Source: Prorocentrum cordatum
Lineage: Eukaryota
NCBI GenBank assembly: GCA_963575745.1
Contig: CAUYUJ010000003.1
Coordinates: 186,001 to 250,000 of the forward strand
DNA length: 64,000 nucleotides
Direction of reading: 5' to 3'
Position numbers and translations under genes: made by a program. The notes under the pieces were generated by a model. That model was not told the DNA's origin. It saw nothing but the letters and a program-made list of their open reading frames with translations, and ran no database searches. Shown here piece by piece: positions 27,121 to 40,389 of this stretch (within the stretch, counting starts at the first letter, position 1; the number at the start of each line of letters is the position of its first letter).

Positions 27121-29029
27121 ACTCGCCCCGCTCGAAGCCCATTGGACGTATCCCATCCACGCATGACCCATGGCGCGCAGAACTCAGCGCGTCGACGACG
27201 ACGGCGACGCCCTTGCCAATCAAACAAGACGAAGCATCGCCGATGCATCGGCGTCGCATCGCCGATTCCAGGTCGCCTCCTCGGAGCTGCGCGCCCGCAT
27301 CGAGGCGGCCATGGCCTCGAGGATCGAGGTCGCGTCCGTGCTCTTCGCGAAGGACATATTCTAAACGAACATGTGGCACATATATCGCGAGCACATCTGC
27401 CCAGGGCGGGCGCACGGGCACCCGCGCGCCGCGCGCCAAGCGGCGGCGGCGCGGGCCCTGCCCCCCCCCCCCCAGAAGCCTGAGTTCACCGACGCGGGGG
27501 GCGCGCTATGGAGCGCCTGGGGCGCCTGGGAGGCCCCGAGCCGCTGCGGCAGCGACTGGGCTGCGCCTGGAAGCGCCTGGGGGGCGCCGGGGAGTCGCTC
27601 GGGAAAGCCTGGGGGACGCCCGGGGGCGCCTCCGAGCATTCGCCGACGCTGAAGGGCGCGCTCTGGAGCGCCTGGAGCACTTGGAGAAACCTGGAGCCAC
27701 TGTGGCAGCCCCTGGGCCGCGCCTGGAAGCGCTTGGGGGGCGCCTTGGAGGCGCCCGGGCACCGCCCGGGAGCGCAGCGGGCGCATGCGCGCGCAGGCGT
27801 ACACGATGTCGTATCTTTATCACGGATCGCACGGGTTGGGGGCGGCCCTGTGCGCCGCGGAACACTTTTTGCAAGGGGCGCGGGCCGCGTGCGCAGGACA
27901 GCGCGCCTGTTGCAAGGGATTCGGTCCGCACCGCAGAAAACCTTACTTTTTTTTTTCTGCGCGGGAAGTGGGGGCGGATATAACGGGCGGCCGAAGGGGC
28001 GGCTCAAGGGGGCCGAGGGCTTTAATATTTGTAAGCTCTTATTTCTTAAGGCTGTGGGGGTAGGCGCGCAAGGTTCTGGAGCTGGCGGGCGGCGCGGCCA
28101 CGTGGGGGGGGGGCGGCGGGGTCAATGTTCGAATCCAAAGCGGAGCGGGGGGGAGGGCCCCCTCCGTTTTGAAAGGAGGGGGGGGGCCCAGGGCCACGGA
28201 TCGGGCAAATTGGGGGGCCCCGGGGCGACGGATCGGGGAAGGCGGGGGGGGCCCTGACCCCCCCCCCCCCCGGATCTGGCATCCAGCAGCGCGCCCTCCT
28301 GGTTGCCGCGATGCCCAGCAGGAACAAGGAGGACCATGGCTGGCTGACCGTGATGCCGCTGGGGTAGAATGCGAGCGTCGGGAGCTGGAGAACCAGAGCC
28401 GCTTCGAAGACTGCCTGACCGCGCAGCGGATGCCTCGCGACGCAGATCTCTCAGGCGACTACGCCTACCATCTCTCCGTCGATGGCTCGACGGTCAATCG
28501 CGGCCAGAGGGGCCCCCGCGAGTGCTGCGGGAAGCGCATTGATAGCACCGGCCGCGCATTGCGCGCCCACCGATAACCGCAGGCACAGGGCATGTCTCTG
28601 CTTGCCCGCGGCCACGGGGGGAGTGGAAGATGGGGCCTCTGGGCGGCGCGACATGCAATCTAGCAGTGACTTTGGCCGTGGCCTCGGACCGGAGGTGTCC
28701 GTTCGAACCCTGCTGGGAATCGCAGCCGTGACCGAACGTGGCTCGAGCCGAACTTGCCACGGGGAAAAAAACGAACGAGCCCTGGGAGGGGCAAGTCTGG
28801 CGTCTAGCGGCCCTCACCTGCGCCGGCTGCGTCGGGTGGCTCGCGGGGCGGCGCGGGCGGCGCGCTCGCGGCGTAGTTTGCGTTTCGGGGAGAAGAGGGG
28901 GCGCGGTCGGACGGCAGGAAGAAAGGCGCGCGCGAAGGCGAAATGGGGCGTCGGTCGGTCGGTAGGAAAGGAAGGTAGGGCAGCAGCAGGCGGCGGGCCC
29001 GCGCCTCGGCCTCCCTGCGGCGAGGCGCC

Positions 29030-30650
29030 GAGCCGGAAGGCCAGGCGCGCGGAGGCGCGGGCTTCATTCAGACGCGCGTAGCCGACCCCGAAGCCGTCGC
29101 TGGCGGGGCACAGCACGCTCGTTTCCCTCACGGTGTGGCACATGCGATGGACCACGGCCAGGCGGGCGCGGGCGCGGCAGACGCGGTCGTCCGCAGATGG
29201 GGAGACTTCGAAGTTCACGGCGTGAAGTCCCAGCCCCTTAAGAATGCAGTTGGCAAGCTCGCCGCGCGGGAGCGCCAAGATGTGCCGGCGCTTCGGGCGC
29301 GCCCAGTAGTGGGCGACGGCGTCAGCAGCGCGTTCTGGGGCGCGCCCGAAGATGCAGGAGTGGCGATCAGAGCAAATATGAAGTCGATGCGATGTAGACC
29401 AGCCCCCCGCCAGAGACTCGACGACAGGCCAGCGGCGGGAGGGGGGGCCGCGCGACGCAGGGCTTGGCCTCCTATCGCGAGGTCTTGGCGCTGAGAGGCA
29501 GCTGGTAGAGCGCGGTCCGGTCGCCGTGCGAAGCAGCGTCGGCGTCCAGCTGCTCGTTGAAGTGCGCATCATAGGGGCCGGAAGGATCATTCACTACGTC
29601 GGCCAGCAAAATCCATTGACGCCGCTGTCGGTGTTCAGAAACAGCCACGGCGAATAGGGCCTGGGCTTCGCTCGATCTCGGCGTCCGCTCCATGAACTGG
29701 GCGAGGGCGCGACGGTTCAGGTCAGAGCCGCACCATGCGCGGCGGCAGATGCTGTGAGCGCGACGACGCACTTCATCCTCTGAGCAACCAGCTATTACTA
29801 TGCGGAGTCCCTGTCGGCGAAGATGACGAAATACATGTGGTTCGCACCGTTCTCTTCGTTGCGCCTCAATTGTCGACGTAGAGGTCGGGGGGCCTGTCCG
29901 AGGCCCAGCGCGCCGGCATCTCCGCGAGGAGCAGGAGCTCGCGATCAGCATCAGCACGATCGGTCTCAGTGTTCTCGGGGGCGGGTGAGGCGGCGAGTAG
30001 AGTCGTGCACGAGAGGATCGATGAGAGCGTTTTAGGGCGAAGGAGTCGTTGGTCCTCACCTGCAGCAGGGTCAACTCCATCCTGCGCCATGGGAAGGTAT
30101 TGGAAACAGGCCTTCAGGTGCTTGACGATCGCGAGGTCAAAGTCGTCAGTGTAAGTGTTCTTTCTGGATTTCGTTGAGGGGCGTGGCTAGCGGGGGTTTC
30201 TTCGGGTGCTCGCCGGGGCGTCGACGGCGGGGGCGAAGAGCTTCACGAGCAGCTGCGCTCGCGCTACGGTAAGCCCGAAGGAGCTGGAGGCGCGCCCGCT
30301 CCGGATTGCGCAACTGCTGCTTCGCGTGCACGAAGATGGAGCCCTTGCTCATGTGGAAGGGCGAACCAGCAGCTGCATCATGGAGATGCCCGGCAATCGA
30401 CTTCGAGGAGCACCAGCAAAAAGGCGACCGCAAGCCTTGCATGTAGTCGACCATGGGGAGGGCGATGACGGCGGCCTCCTTCAGCGTCTCGCAAGCAGCG
30501 CGCCAAGAAATCGTGGAAGAGGCCGCGCGCCAGATGGCGGCGCCCAAGAAGGCCTCAGCGCAGATGGTGCCCAGAGTTTCATGCTGGGGATGTCCATCGT
30601 GGTGAAGGCCGAGGGGGCAGGCCGAATAGTTGTGCGAAGTGCTTGTATCT
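29030..30650 (-). mobile_element. LINE ORF2 3' fragment with zinc knuckle
   Basis: 'ESLAGGWSTSHRLH...SCIFGR...DAVAHYWARP', with upstream 'AAIWRAASSTISWRAACETL'. Confidence 0.75.
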
Positions 30651-31004
30651 CGCGGCTGACACGGGTGGTGCTCGATGGACGTCCCACGGACAACGGGTCA
30701 CCTCGGCCCTCGCGGGGCCGCGCGCTGGAGCGGTAGTGGCGCCCGACTCTGGCTGGCAGCAAGTCTGCTTCTGCATCTTCGGCTGCCTCTACGGCAAGCA
30801 GGGGGCCCCGCCGCGACTGCCGACGGCGGGTCAAGGGCCGGTTCCCGGGAGGCGCCCCAGATCCTCTTGCTCACGAGGTTCCGATCATGGACGAGGACGA
30901 CGACGAGCTCTGATGCCTCAGCCCTGTGTTTCCCCTTCCTTTCACCTTTTCCTCCTCCTCCTCCTCCTCCTCCTCCTCCTCCTCCTCCTCCTCCTCCTCT
31001 TCCT

Positions 31005-32308
31005 CCTCGACCTGCGGGGGCCTGTGCGTGAAACAGGCGTTTCTACCAAGTGGTATCTGCGGCCGCAGGCTACACGGGCGGCAGCGAGTCATAGGTGCCG
31101 CAAGAAATTGGATCGTGACGCCATGCTGTCCTGGCCGGCTGCGCGAGAGACGTGGTGGCTGGCCGATCGCGGCGTGCCTATCTGCGTAATCCGCCTCCTC
31201 CGCGTTCCTCGGTCGTCCTGCTCGTCGTCCGTCCCTCCCGCCTCCTTGCCTCCTCCGCCTTTCGTCCCCGCCCGTCGTGCGTCCTCTCTCCTTTTGCGTC
31301 CTCCTCCTCCTCCTCCTCCTCGTCGGCCTGCGGGGGCCACTGTCCAGGCTTGACGGCTTCAGCGTGCATCGGACGCGGCAAGACTGCAAGAGCGCCGATC
31401 CTGGTCGGCCTCGGGATGTTTGTAGGCTTCCTCCCATCCTCCTCGGCCTGTGGGGGCCGGCGCGTGAAGCAGGTGTTTCCGCCAGGTGGTATTTCCGGCC
31501 GCAGGCCGCACGGGCGGCTGTGAGTCAGAGATGCCGCAAGAAATTGGATCGTGCCACTCCGTCTTGGCTATCTGTGCAGTCCGCTTCCTCCGCGTTCCTC
31601 GGTCGTCCTGCTCGTCGTCCGTCCCTCCCGCCTCCTTGCCTCCGCCTTTCGTCCCTGCCCGTCGTGCGTCCTCTCTCCTCCTGCGTCCTCCTCGGCCCGT
31701 GAGGGCCCATGTCCAGGCTTGACGGCTTCAGCGAGCACTGGACGCGGCAAGACTGCAATAGTTGCCATGCCTCGGAGCGCCGATCCTGGTCTGCCTCGGA
31801 ATGTTTGTTGGCCTCCTCCCCTGCGTTCCTCGATCGTCCTGCTCGTCGTCCGTCCCTCCCCCGTTTTTGCCTCCGCCTCTCGTCCCCGCCCGTCGTGCGT
31901 CGTCTCTCCTCCCGCGTCCTCCTCCTCCTCGGCCCGTGGGGGCCGGTGCGTGAAACAGGTGCTTCCACCAGGTGGTATCTGCGGCCGCAGGCCACACGGG
32001 CGGCTGTGAGGCAGAGGTGCCGCAGGAAATTGGATCGTGCCATGCCGTCCTGTCCAGCTGCGCGGGAGACGTGGTGGCTGGCCAATCGCGGCGAGCCTAC
32101 CTGTGCAGTCCGCTTCCTCCGCGTTCCTCGGTCGTCCTGCTCGTCGTCCGTCCCTCCCGCCTCCTTGCCTCCGCCTTTCGTCCCTGCCCGTCGTGCGTCC
32201 TCTCTCCTCTTGCGTCCTCCTCCTCTCCCCCTCGGCCCGTGAGGGCCCATGTCCAGACTTGACGGCTTCAGCGAGCACTGGGCGCGGCAAGACTGCAATA
32301 GTTGCCAT
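31005..32308 (+). repeat. Three tandem monomers (starts ~31005, 31441, 31927)
   Basis: Each contains gcgtgaa(a/g)cagg...ggccgcagg...gaaattggatcgtg...cgcgttcctcggtcgtcctgctcgtcgtccgtccc...cttgacggcttcagcg...ggcaagactgcaa. Confidence 0.95.
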
Positions 32309-32543
32309 TGTCTCACTTAATTTCCAACTCACCTTGCCGCGTGGCTGCTGGCAGTGCTCTTTTGCAAGCGTGTGTGGGTTCGTGGTAGTGCACGGTTTGT
32401 TCGCGCGTGTTTCCCCGGGTTTCCGGATGTTGGGCGCAATCGTTGCCCAAGCCTGCGTTTACAGTGGATGTGGTTGGTTGGCAGTCGTGTCCGCTTGTTA
32501 AAAAATCCCACTCCAGGCCACCCTCGCGTTCATCGAGGGCACC

Positions 32544-35500
32544 GTGTACACCGCCGACCTGTCAGCCCTGGCGCTCCATGAGTGCGCCGTATGTGCACTC
32601 TGCATCGACGCGCTCGGGTCCGGCATCGGCCTCACCGACGACCCGACTAAGCAGGCAAGCGGCGTCACCTGGATAGGTGAAGGATACTCATACACGCGCT
32701 TGCACCTGGACGCGCCCGCCCCGCCCGGGCCACTCCCTGGAGTGACGCTAAGGTCCCAATGGTTAAACGACCGAGACACCAGGTGGAGGAAGGAGCAGAA
32801 CAAGGCTGACTTCTACTGCCAAGGGTGCCTACGCGGCCCCTTCAAGCACGACAAAGGCGCCTACGTCAGGAAGCGGATTCGCCAAACCATCGCGGTCAAC
32901 AGGCTGACGCAGTACTACCAAGGGAAGGACCTGACCTGGCTTTGCATATGCTGCTGGACTACGAAGACAATGGCTGAGCGGCGGCCCATTCCAGACGACG
33001 TGGACTGCAAGAGCTGGATCAACGACCGCCCCGATGACATGCCTGTTCGAACAACGTGCGCCCTTCCGGGGCTGTGTCCGACGTCGACACCCACGGCCCT
33101 AACGCCCCTGGACCAGCTACTGGTCCGACTGGAAGGCGACCTGAACCCCCTCAATGTGGGAACCACCCTCCCAGCCAGTAACACGAACGTTGATCGCCTG
33201 ATCTCCCATTTCGACAAGGAGAATGTCGGCATCTGGCGATGCGATGGCTGCCCCCCTGGTGCAGAGGGACGCAGATGGGGACCAGGGCAGGCTTACCCTG
33301 GCATGTACGGGCACGCCGCTGACCCAGAAGGACTCCGCGACGGCTTCAACCTGGTCCACGGGCTCCCACCCATACAACTGATGAGGGAGATGTTCCTGGC
33401 AAAGCGCTGGCATGCGGGCTGGCACTGCAAGGAATGCCAGATCCACCAGTGGGACATGGCCTCGTCAGCAGTGAACCAGGTACTCGACAGATACGGCCCT
33501 GACATATACCCGAGTGCAGGAGCCAGACCTCTCTCCGCACTACCGGGCGCCCCCGCCTCATCGCCAGAAGACGCAGCGCGCCCCGACCAGGAGGAAGTGC
33601 TGCGACGCGCGGCCGCCTGGGACGAGGCGGAGCGCATCTACTACGATCGCCTCCGCGCCGCACTGCCGCCACCGCCCAAGGGAAGGCATCAACGCCTTGC
33701 CTGGGGCCCCGGCGCCACTGCTTCCGCCCAGCCACCCGCCGGGCGCGCGCCCAGCGGCGGGGCCCAGCAGCGCGCCGCCCAGCGTCCCGACCACGCCTCC
33801 AGCCAAGCTGAGTCACCAAGACCCGCCAAGGAAAGGCGCCTGACACCCTGCCCGACACCTTGCCCGCCCACTCAAGGTGGCGATTCACTCCCCCCCCCAT
33901 TCACTCCCGCCCACTCCGCGTGGCGACGAGCAGGCCCTGGCCCAGCCTGATACAATACCTACAGCTACCAAATCCGTCGGGGCGCCACCGGCCGTCGGCG
34001 CGGCACCTGAACCTCCCGGAAAGTGCACGGACCCCGGCAGCCGCGAGCGGCAACAAGGGCGAGCCCCGGACACGGCGAGTCCCGGACACGCCCATCACGG
34101 GCTCGTTGTGCCCGCTCGCAACGGACAGCCCGTGCATCCAGTGCGGCGACTACGTGGCCATCAGGAGTGACACCCTCCCCTGCGCCAGGTGGATCAGCAC
34201 TGCGGACTGCGCCGAGCCCCTGTCGACGCAGCCCCTGGACGGAGCGGCATTTGGACCCGTCCTCAGTGTCTTGGCCCGCGAACAGGACGGGCGGACTCAG
34301 TTCGTCCAGATCGGCAGCGAGTGGCTGGAAGCATGGGGCACTGGTAACAAGGCGCTACGCATGAACGTCCTCCGCGGAGACGCAGCGCCCGAGGCAGCAG
34401 CCTTCCTGGACAGTGCCCGGGGCAAGGTGCGCGGGGCGCAGGCACCAGCAAACTGCGACAGCCCCAGGCTCGACGCCGACATCGGGGGTGACAAAGCGAC
34501 GTCCCCAGGGGGGGCGCAGACCGGACCCGGGCCCAAACCTTACCCGCCGCAGGCAGACGCGCAGGATCACACCGTCGAGCCTGCACCCCTTATGCCCCAT
34601 AAGGAGGAGGACCCCGACTGGACCAATGACGACCAGGAACAAGAGAAGAAGCTGCGCCTCGCAAAAGGCCCTAAGCACGGTCCACGCGGTCTCCTCATCC
34701 ACAGACTCCGACACAGTCGAAGAGCACCAAGCCAAGACGAGTCCTCGTAACGAGCGACGCAGCAGTCCTGAGCACGATTCAAGCAGTGCCGACCAAAGGG
34801 CCGCCGACGCACCCATGGATCCGATCGTGCGTCTGGAGGCCGCGGCCGACGACCAGGAGCTGCGCGCGCGGAACCGGTCCAAAGGCCCGGAAGACGCACG
34901 ACCTGCACTCAACCCCCTCCCTGCGCACCAGCTTGCGCGCTTGCGCAGCAGGGCGCGGGGGCCAGTCGCCTGGGGGCCGCGCGCGACGGCGGCGAGGCGC
35001 GAGTCCAGAGAGGCTGGCGACCGGACCCGCGCAGGGGAGCGCGACCGCGACCGCGACCGCGACCGCAACCAGGGCGCAGCGGGGGCACCGGTGCGCAAAC
35101 ACGACGCCAAGGACTGGGACAGAACCGGGGAGCGCCACTGGGACCAGGACCATGACAGTGGCAGGGGCACAGGGAGCACCCGCTGGCGCCAGCCAGAATA
35201 ACGCAGCTCTTACAACAAGGATGATCGCCGCCACCCCGACACTAGCCGGGCACGGACAATCTTCCGCGTTGGCTGGCAGCGCCGCCCACGCGAGACAGCA
35301 GTCGCACATCTGGAGAGGCTGCAGGCGGAAGGGGGGCACCACTTCAACGCAGCCTGGCATTCGTGGTGCAGGCACATGTGCAAAGGGCCAGGCAAAGGCA
35401 CATCCAAAGACCAGGTCCCCTTCGACCCGAGCCGCTGGCAGCATTGGATAATCGACACACTCCTGGAAGACACGGGCGCCAGCAACCATCACGTGGAGGC

Positions 35501-35666
35501 GTGGCCCCGCAACGCAGGCGTCTACGTGGACTGGGATCGGGAGAAGAAGCTGCACCAGGACGTGCAGAGGAAGAGAGAGGTCGCCAAGGGTGACGGGCGC
35601 GAAGAGGACCAGACGCGCAGCTCCGGGTACACCGACACCTGGACTGGAAAGCGCCGGCGGCGCTGA
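32544..35666 (+). pseudogene. Intronless multi-CxxC (putative zinc-binding) protein of unknown family, split over several frames
   Basis: The 468 aa ORF 32544..33950 has complex composition and paired motifs 'YCQGC...WLCICC' and 'WRCDGC...WHCKEC'. Protein-like sequence continues in ORFs 33860..34750, 34413..35201 and 35376..35666. Confidence 0.6.
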
Positions 35667-36816
35667 CCAGCCGGCGACCTGGCCCCCTCGCCCAATGGCA
35701 GCACGACGCAACCGTCTCCACACTCCCACCACCTGTGCCCCCGTCCACTACCCCCCTATTCACCTGACGTGGGACCGCGTGTCCTCCCTTTCCCCCCCGC
35801 CTGTGCCCCGCTGCCCTTGCGGCGTGCGCGCCCCGCGGGCTACGACTGCTTGCCGGTCCACCTGGTCTCCGTCTATTCCGTTTCCTCCCCCCCCCTTTCC
35901 TGTCCTTTCGTGATCTGGGACCGCGCGTCCCGCCTGCCCATCGGGGGTCGCCCCCCCTGTGAGCACCTGCGGTGCGGACTGACGCGGCGACGGCTGGCGC
36001 GGCGCGCCCTGTCTTCTACATGTTCTGGGACAGCGTGTCCTACCTGTACCCATCGGGGCCCAGCCCCCCGCGCGAGCACCCGCGGTGCGGGCTGACGCGA
36101 CGACGGCTGGCGCGGGAAGCCGGCCTCTCTCCGCCCCGCTCGCTTCTTCCCCCCACGCTCGCTCCCCCCCCTCCCATGGCGGCAGCGCTCGGCACTGCGC
36201 GGCTTCGGCCCGGCGCCGGGCGCTGCGCCTTGCCGCCTCGGCGGCCCCGCTCGCCATGGCGCTGCGCGGCTCAGGCCCAGCCCTCGGCCATGCGGGCGCC
36301 AGCGCATCGTGTGTGGCTGCTGCCCGTCTTCGCGCGCTGACTGTGCAGGGCAGATTTCTTCCCTGCACTCCACCGACATCCTGTCGGACAAGGACGGCCC
36401 TCGTCTCTGGCCGTACCTCTAGCTGGCTGCTTCCTGGTCGCGGATTGGACTACAACCCCGGGCCGCTTCCGCATCGCCCGGTGGCACAACGTTGCACGTC
36501 GCCTTCGTGGTGCTCCTCTTCCTCCTGGGCCTCCTCCGCATCATCCGGTGGCACAACGTTGCTCATCGCATTCGTGATGCTCCTCTCCCTCCTGGACGTC
36601 GACCTGGTCAAATGGCACGCCCTCCTCTGCAGTGCTTGAGGCTGGTCTTCACGACGTGCCGTTGACGGCAACGCCACGTCGCTCACCCTCCGGATCTTCG
36701 CCTCCGTTCCCTGTCCGCGGCGTGCCTTTTCCTGCGCAAGCTCTTCGGCGCCGCCTGCGCCCCGGGCCGCGCCCGCTCCGGCCGCCTGAGGCTCCGCCTG
36801 CCTGTGCCTTGTCCCC

Positions 36817-39800
36817 CTAATTGAAGCTGTGCGTCGTCCGCCTAGCTTGTAGCGGAAGAGGTTCGCTCTCGCCCCGCCGACAAAAAAAGTGCATCTCGCG
36901 ACTGAGAACGAGTTCAGGAGCAGGGGGGAGCTGTCCAACATAAGGGGGGGCGGTCAATGCAGAGGAGTTGCACAGCACGATCGCACGCTGAATCGGGGCG
37001 TGGGACTCGCCGAGAATTTGCGAGCGATTAAACCGCTTCGCCGAGGGGGCTGTCCAAGGCGTGCGCTCGTCGGCAACAGGGGCCGTGAAGACCCCGAGGT
37101 ACTTGGCATGGCTGTCGATCTTGAAGAGAACCCAGTCGCCATGCATCTGGCTGGGCGCGCCTCTGATGCTGTTCACCGGGTCGGAAGATGCAATAGTCCA
37201 GACAGGAACCAGACCGCTTCTGCGCGGTTGAAGGAGCAGCCCAGTGTACTCAGCGATCACAAGTAGGCGAGGCCAGAAGCCGACGACGTCGACAAGCCAC
37301 GCCAGGACACGCCCCAAGTCGTCCGCGCACGCCGCGGCGACGCCCCGCTTGATGTTCTCGAAGAAGTGGGGGGTGCCGCGCAGCGCGGGGTCGAGTGCCA
37401 GCGCCCACAACGTGCCACTTACCGGGCAAGCTTGGGCCACGCCGCTCTCCGCGATGAAGAGCGGGCGACGGGTGGCTCCGAGCTCGAGGAACATGACGGG
37501 CATGAAGTAGAAGGACTGCACCAGGTTGAGGAGGCGACCATGGGCTCCCCAGCGTTGAATCACTTCTCATAGCCAAACGCGAAGCAGTGACGGGAAAGCA
37601 GCGGCCACGTCCATGCCCACGAAGCACGGGCGGTTGCTCTCAGCGTCCTGCTGGAAACAGCACAGGCGAGAATAGGTATCGGTTTTGACTATGTTGTCCA
37701 GGAATTGACGACCGAGAACATATCCGCGTTGGACGGAGGAGACCTTCTTGAGAAGGGGGTGAGGCTTGCTGTTGGTGGCGGATGCGATGATCTTGGCGTC
37801 CGTGTTCTTCATAGCCACGGGGTAGAATTGTCCTGGATCGCGCGCGCTCGCGCTGGCCAGCAGGTTCATCGCCTTTGGGTAGCATTGCCAACGCGGCGTG
37901 ATTGAAGGCATGCGGCGCGCGGTTGCCGTCGCGCAGGTGCTGCGCGAGCTCGGCCAGGTAAATGAACCCGTTCGGGGTAGCAGTCCAGGCCATGCACGGG
38001 AGACCATCGGGACCAGGTGCGGAGTCAGCGGCAAGCTTGGCGGCCTGCACCAGATCGCGCACGTCGAGGGCGCCGGCGAGAAAAAGAGCTTGGATGGGGA
38101 AGACGGCGTCGAGGTACGCGTTCATGGCGTTCGCGTCGACAGGCTTCTCCTGGAAGATCGTGGCCCAGTGCGCCTGGGCGGCAGAGTGCGTGCCCAGAGG
38201 GTTGTTGGCCGCCGCGGCGTTGTCGCCGCGTGTCGCTCGGAGGCCGGCAAGCACCAATCGCTTCGCGATGGTTTTCCACAGCCCCCCTCGACGACGGTCG
38301 GCGTTGGCTCGTTTCCGCCGCCTGTAGCCGCGTGGCTGCCGTTGTGTTTGATAGGCTTGACGGGGGGGTTGGGCAGGCCGAGCACGTCGTTCTTCAGCAG
38401 CTGCAGCGCGGGCCGCAGCGGCATCAGAGGCGAAGGTGGGGGCGTCGATCAGCGCGACAACAGCAAGGGTCGACGAGGACGAGCCACCAGCTTCCAGGCG
38501 GAGGTGCTTCGCGCCGAGGTGGGACTTGCCGATGAGGAGACGAGCCAGTCGGCTGTCCTGGCACCATGCCGCACGAGCGAGCAATGCTGTGCATCGTCAT
38601 GAGGTTCACCTCCATGGAAAAGGCGCCGCGATCACGGTGCAGGACGTCAGGGTGCAAGCAGGACAGGGCGTCGCGCGCAAGGCCAGTAGCGGTGGCCAGG
38701 TTGGCCTTGAGCGCCTGCCACTTGCCTATCGGGGAGAGCTCGTCATACTGCGCGTTCAAAGGCAGGTTCTTGATCGCGCCGGCGTAGTACTTGGACATGC
38801 ATATGCAGGGAGGAATACTGCGTTTTTGCGTTGGTCGTTGATTAAGAGGGCGCACGCGAATTTGAAGGACTTCGCGATCAATTGCGGGGGAACCAGAGCG
38901 TTCCAGTGGGTCATCGCTGACTACAATCAAGTCTCAACCAGGGGAAAGTTGCGCGGATTGAATGAGGCGAACACTTTGTCAATGCACGATTCGGAAGTGT
39001 CGCTGGGCATCGATGCGTCGTGGACGTCGTAGTGGCGTCCGCCATGTGTCTGAGGAGGTGCTTCCAGAATGTAGGCTGGCCGTGATAGTTTTCGAGCGCT
39101 CTCGCATCCGCGGAACGAGTTAGGCCGCGCGCAGGATGCTCAGAGATGCTGAAGTCACCCAGCATAGAGAACATAACATCGCTGTCCAGCGCGCGTCAAA
39201 GCCACGACGCTGCCGCCATGCGGTCGCCGAAGGAAGTGTCCGCGACGTCCCCGGTGTCCCGCTTGAAGCGCGCATGGATGCCGAGGCGGTCAGCAGCATC
39301 AGACCACTGGAACTCGGAAGCTTCTTGCGGGGGGGCGCCGACGGTGAGCCGCGCGATGGGGGCTCCGTCCACCGCGAAGAAGCCTTCGGCGCGGTGCGGT
39401 CTGATTTCCAGGTTCGGGCCGCAGGGGAGGGCGTGCTTGGCGAGGCGCTTGGGCTGAACTTCTTGCCGTGCTTGTTTGGGGCCCTTGTCCGCGCGGACGC
39501 AAAAAGTCGTGCTAAGTGCCGTGGGCGATGATGCTGAACTTGCGCCAATCTCGGCCGATTCGAAGATGGGCATGTAGGGATTGAGCGCGGGGGCAGGCCT
39601 CTTCGCCACCGCCCATGAGTGTGATGGAAGCCCGCTTGTTGGGGGCCGCGTTGTTGAATCGGGCCGTGGTCATGTCGACGCGGGCGCCCTTGAACCGGGG
39701 GGCGAGAGCGCGTGCACCTGTTCCTTGCTGATCGGGATGACAGCGCCGCACCAGAACGTGGCGAAGTGTCCAGGACGGTCCCACGCTCCGATGTTGACCA

Positions 39801-40389
39801 CGTCCAAGCTCGGTACCTTGGATTCCGCAATAGCGAGGGCCTGCTTGATGTCATCGGCTGACTGCTTGAGGGAGGAGTTGGCCACGTCTGCTTTGTCCAT
39901 GCGGATCTTGAATGCGATGATGTAGTTTTCTGTGGCGTCTTGACGAGAGGAGAGACTGTCGACTGTCCTCTGCACCTGGGGCAAGAAGGCCCCTTTAGCG
40001 TCATTGCGTTCTTTCTCTGCCGTTGCTTTGAATTTTGTGTTGGCCAGTTGAATATGGGTCTTCAGCAACTGTTGCAACTCGACCTTGGGACAATATGCTT
40101 TGTCCTTGCCGAAACGTTTTGCAACGGCCATAGCAGCAGCGTCGTGCCACGGATCGGCAGTGCGACGTGGCGAGCGGCTTCCTGTGGGTCCGTCTGGCAT
40201 TCCCCAAGTGAGAAGTCACTCAGCAGACACGAAGAAGAGGCCGCGGCACCTCCGAAAAATCCCGCGTGAATATGTAGGGCGGGCAATCGTAAAACACCCT
40301 TTCGGTGGCCTCGGAACAGAGGTCTGCCATGGAACCCTGCGGGCGCTGTGCCCGCCAACGTTGAAATCTTGAGCCAAAATGGCCACGGA
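36817..40389 (-). mobile_element. LINE with SL-defined 5' end, ORF1, partly deleted APE endonuclease and RT
   Basis: ORF1 ~40200-39196 (coiled coil). EN remnants 'MLGDFS' and 'VSDDP'. RT motifs 'APGPDGLP', 'PVAMKNTDAKII', 'QRGYVLGR', 'MDVAAAFPSL', 'GVAQACPVSG', 'CADDLG', 'KYLGVF'. Confidence 0.93.
40368..40389 (-). other. Dinoflagellate spliced leader (dinoSL) genomic copy
   Basis: TCCGTGGCCATTTTGGCTCAAG, 21/22 to the consensus. It is not followed by the GT donor of an SL RNA gene. Confidence 0.95.

Noticed and set aside
28320..28700. 'YHLSVDGS' as a possible RNase H start
   Set aside because: The downstream catalytic motifs are not convincingly present.
32436..32451. Possible SL relic GCAATCGTTGCCCAAG before the zinc-finger ORF
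   Set aside because: Only 11/16 identity, too weak to call.
40368..40389. SL RNA gene
   Set aside because: The leader is followed by AT rather than the GT donor and intron, so it is a retroposed exon and not the ncRNA gene.
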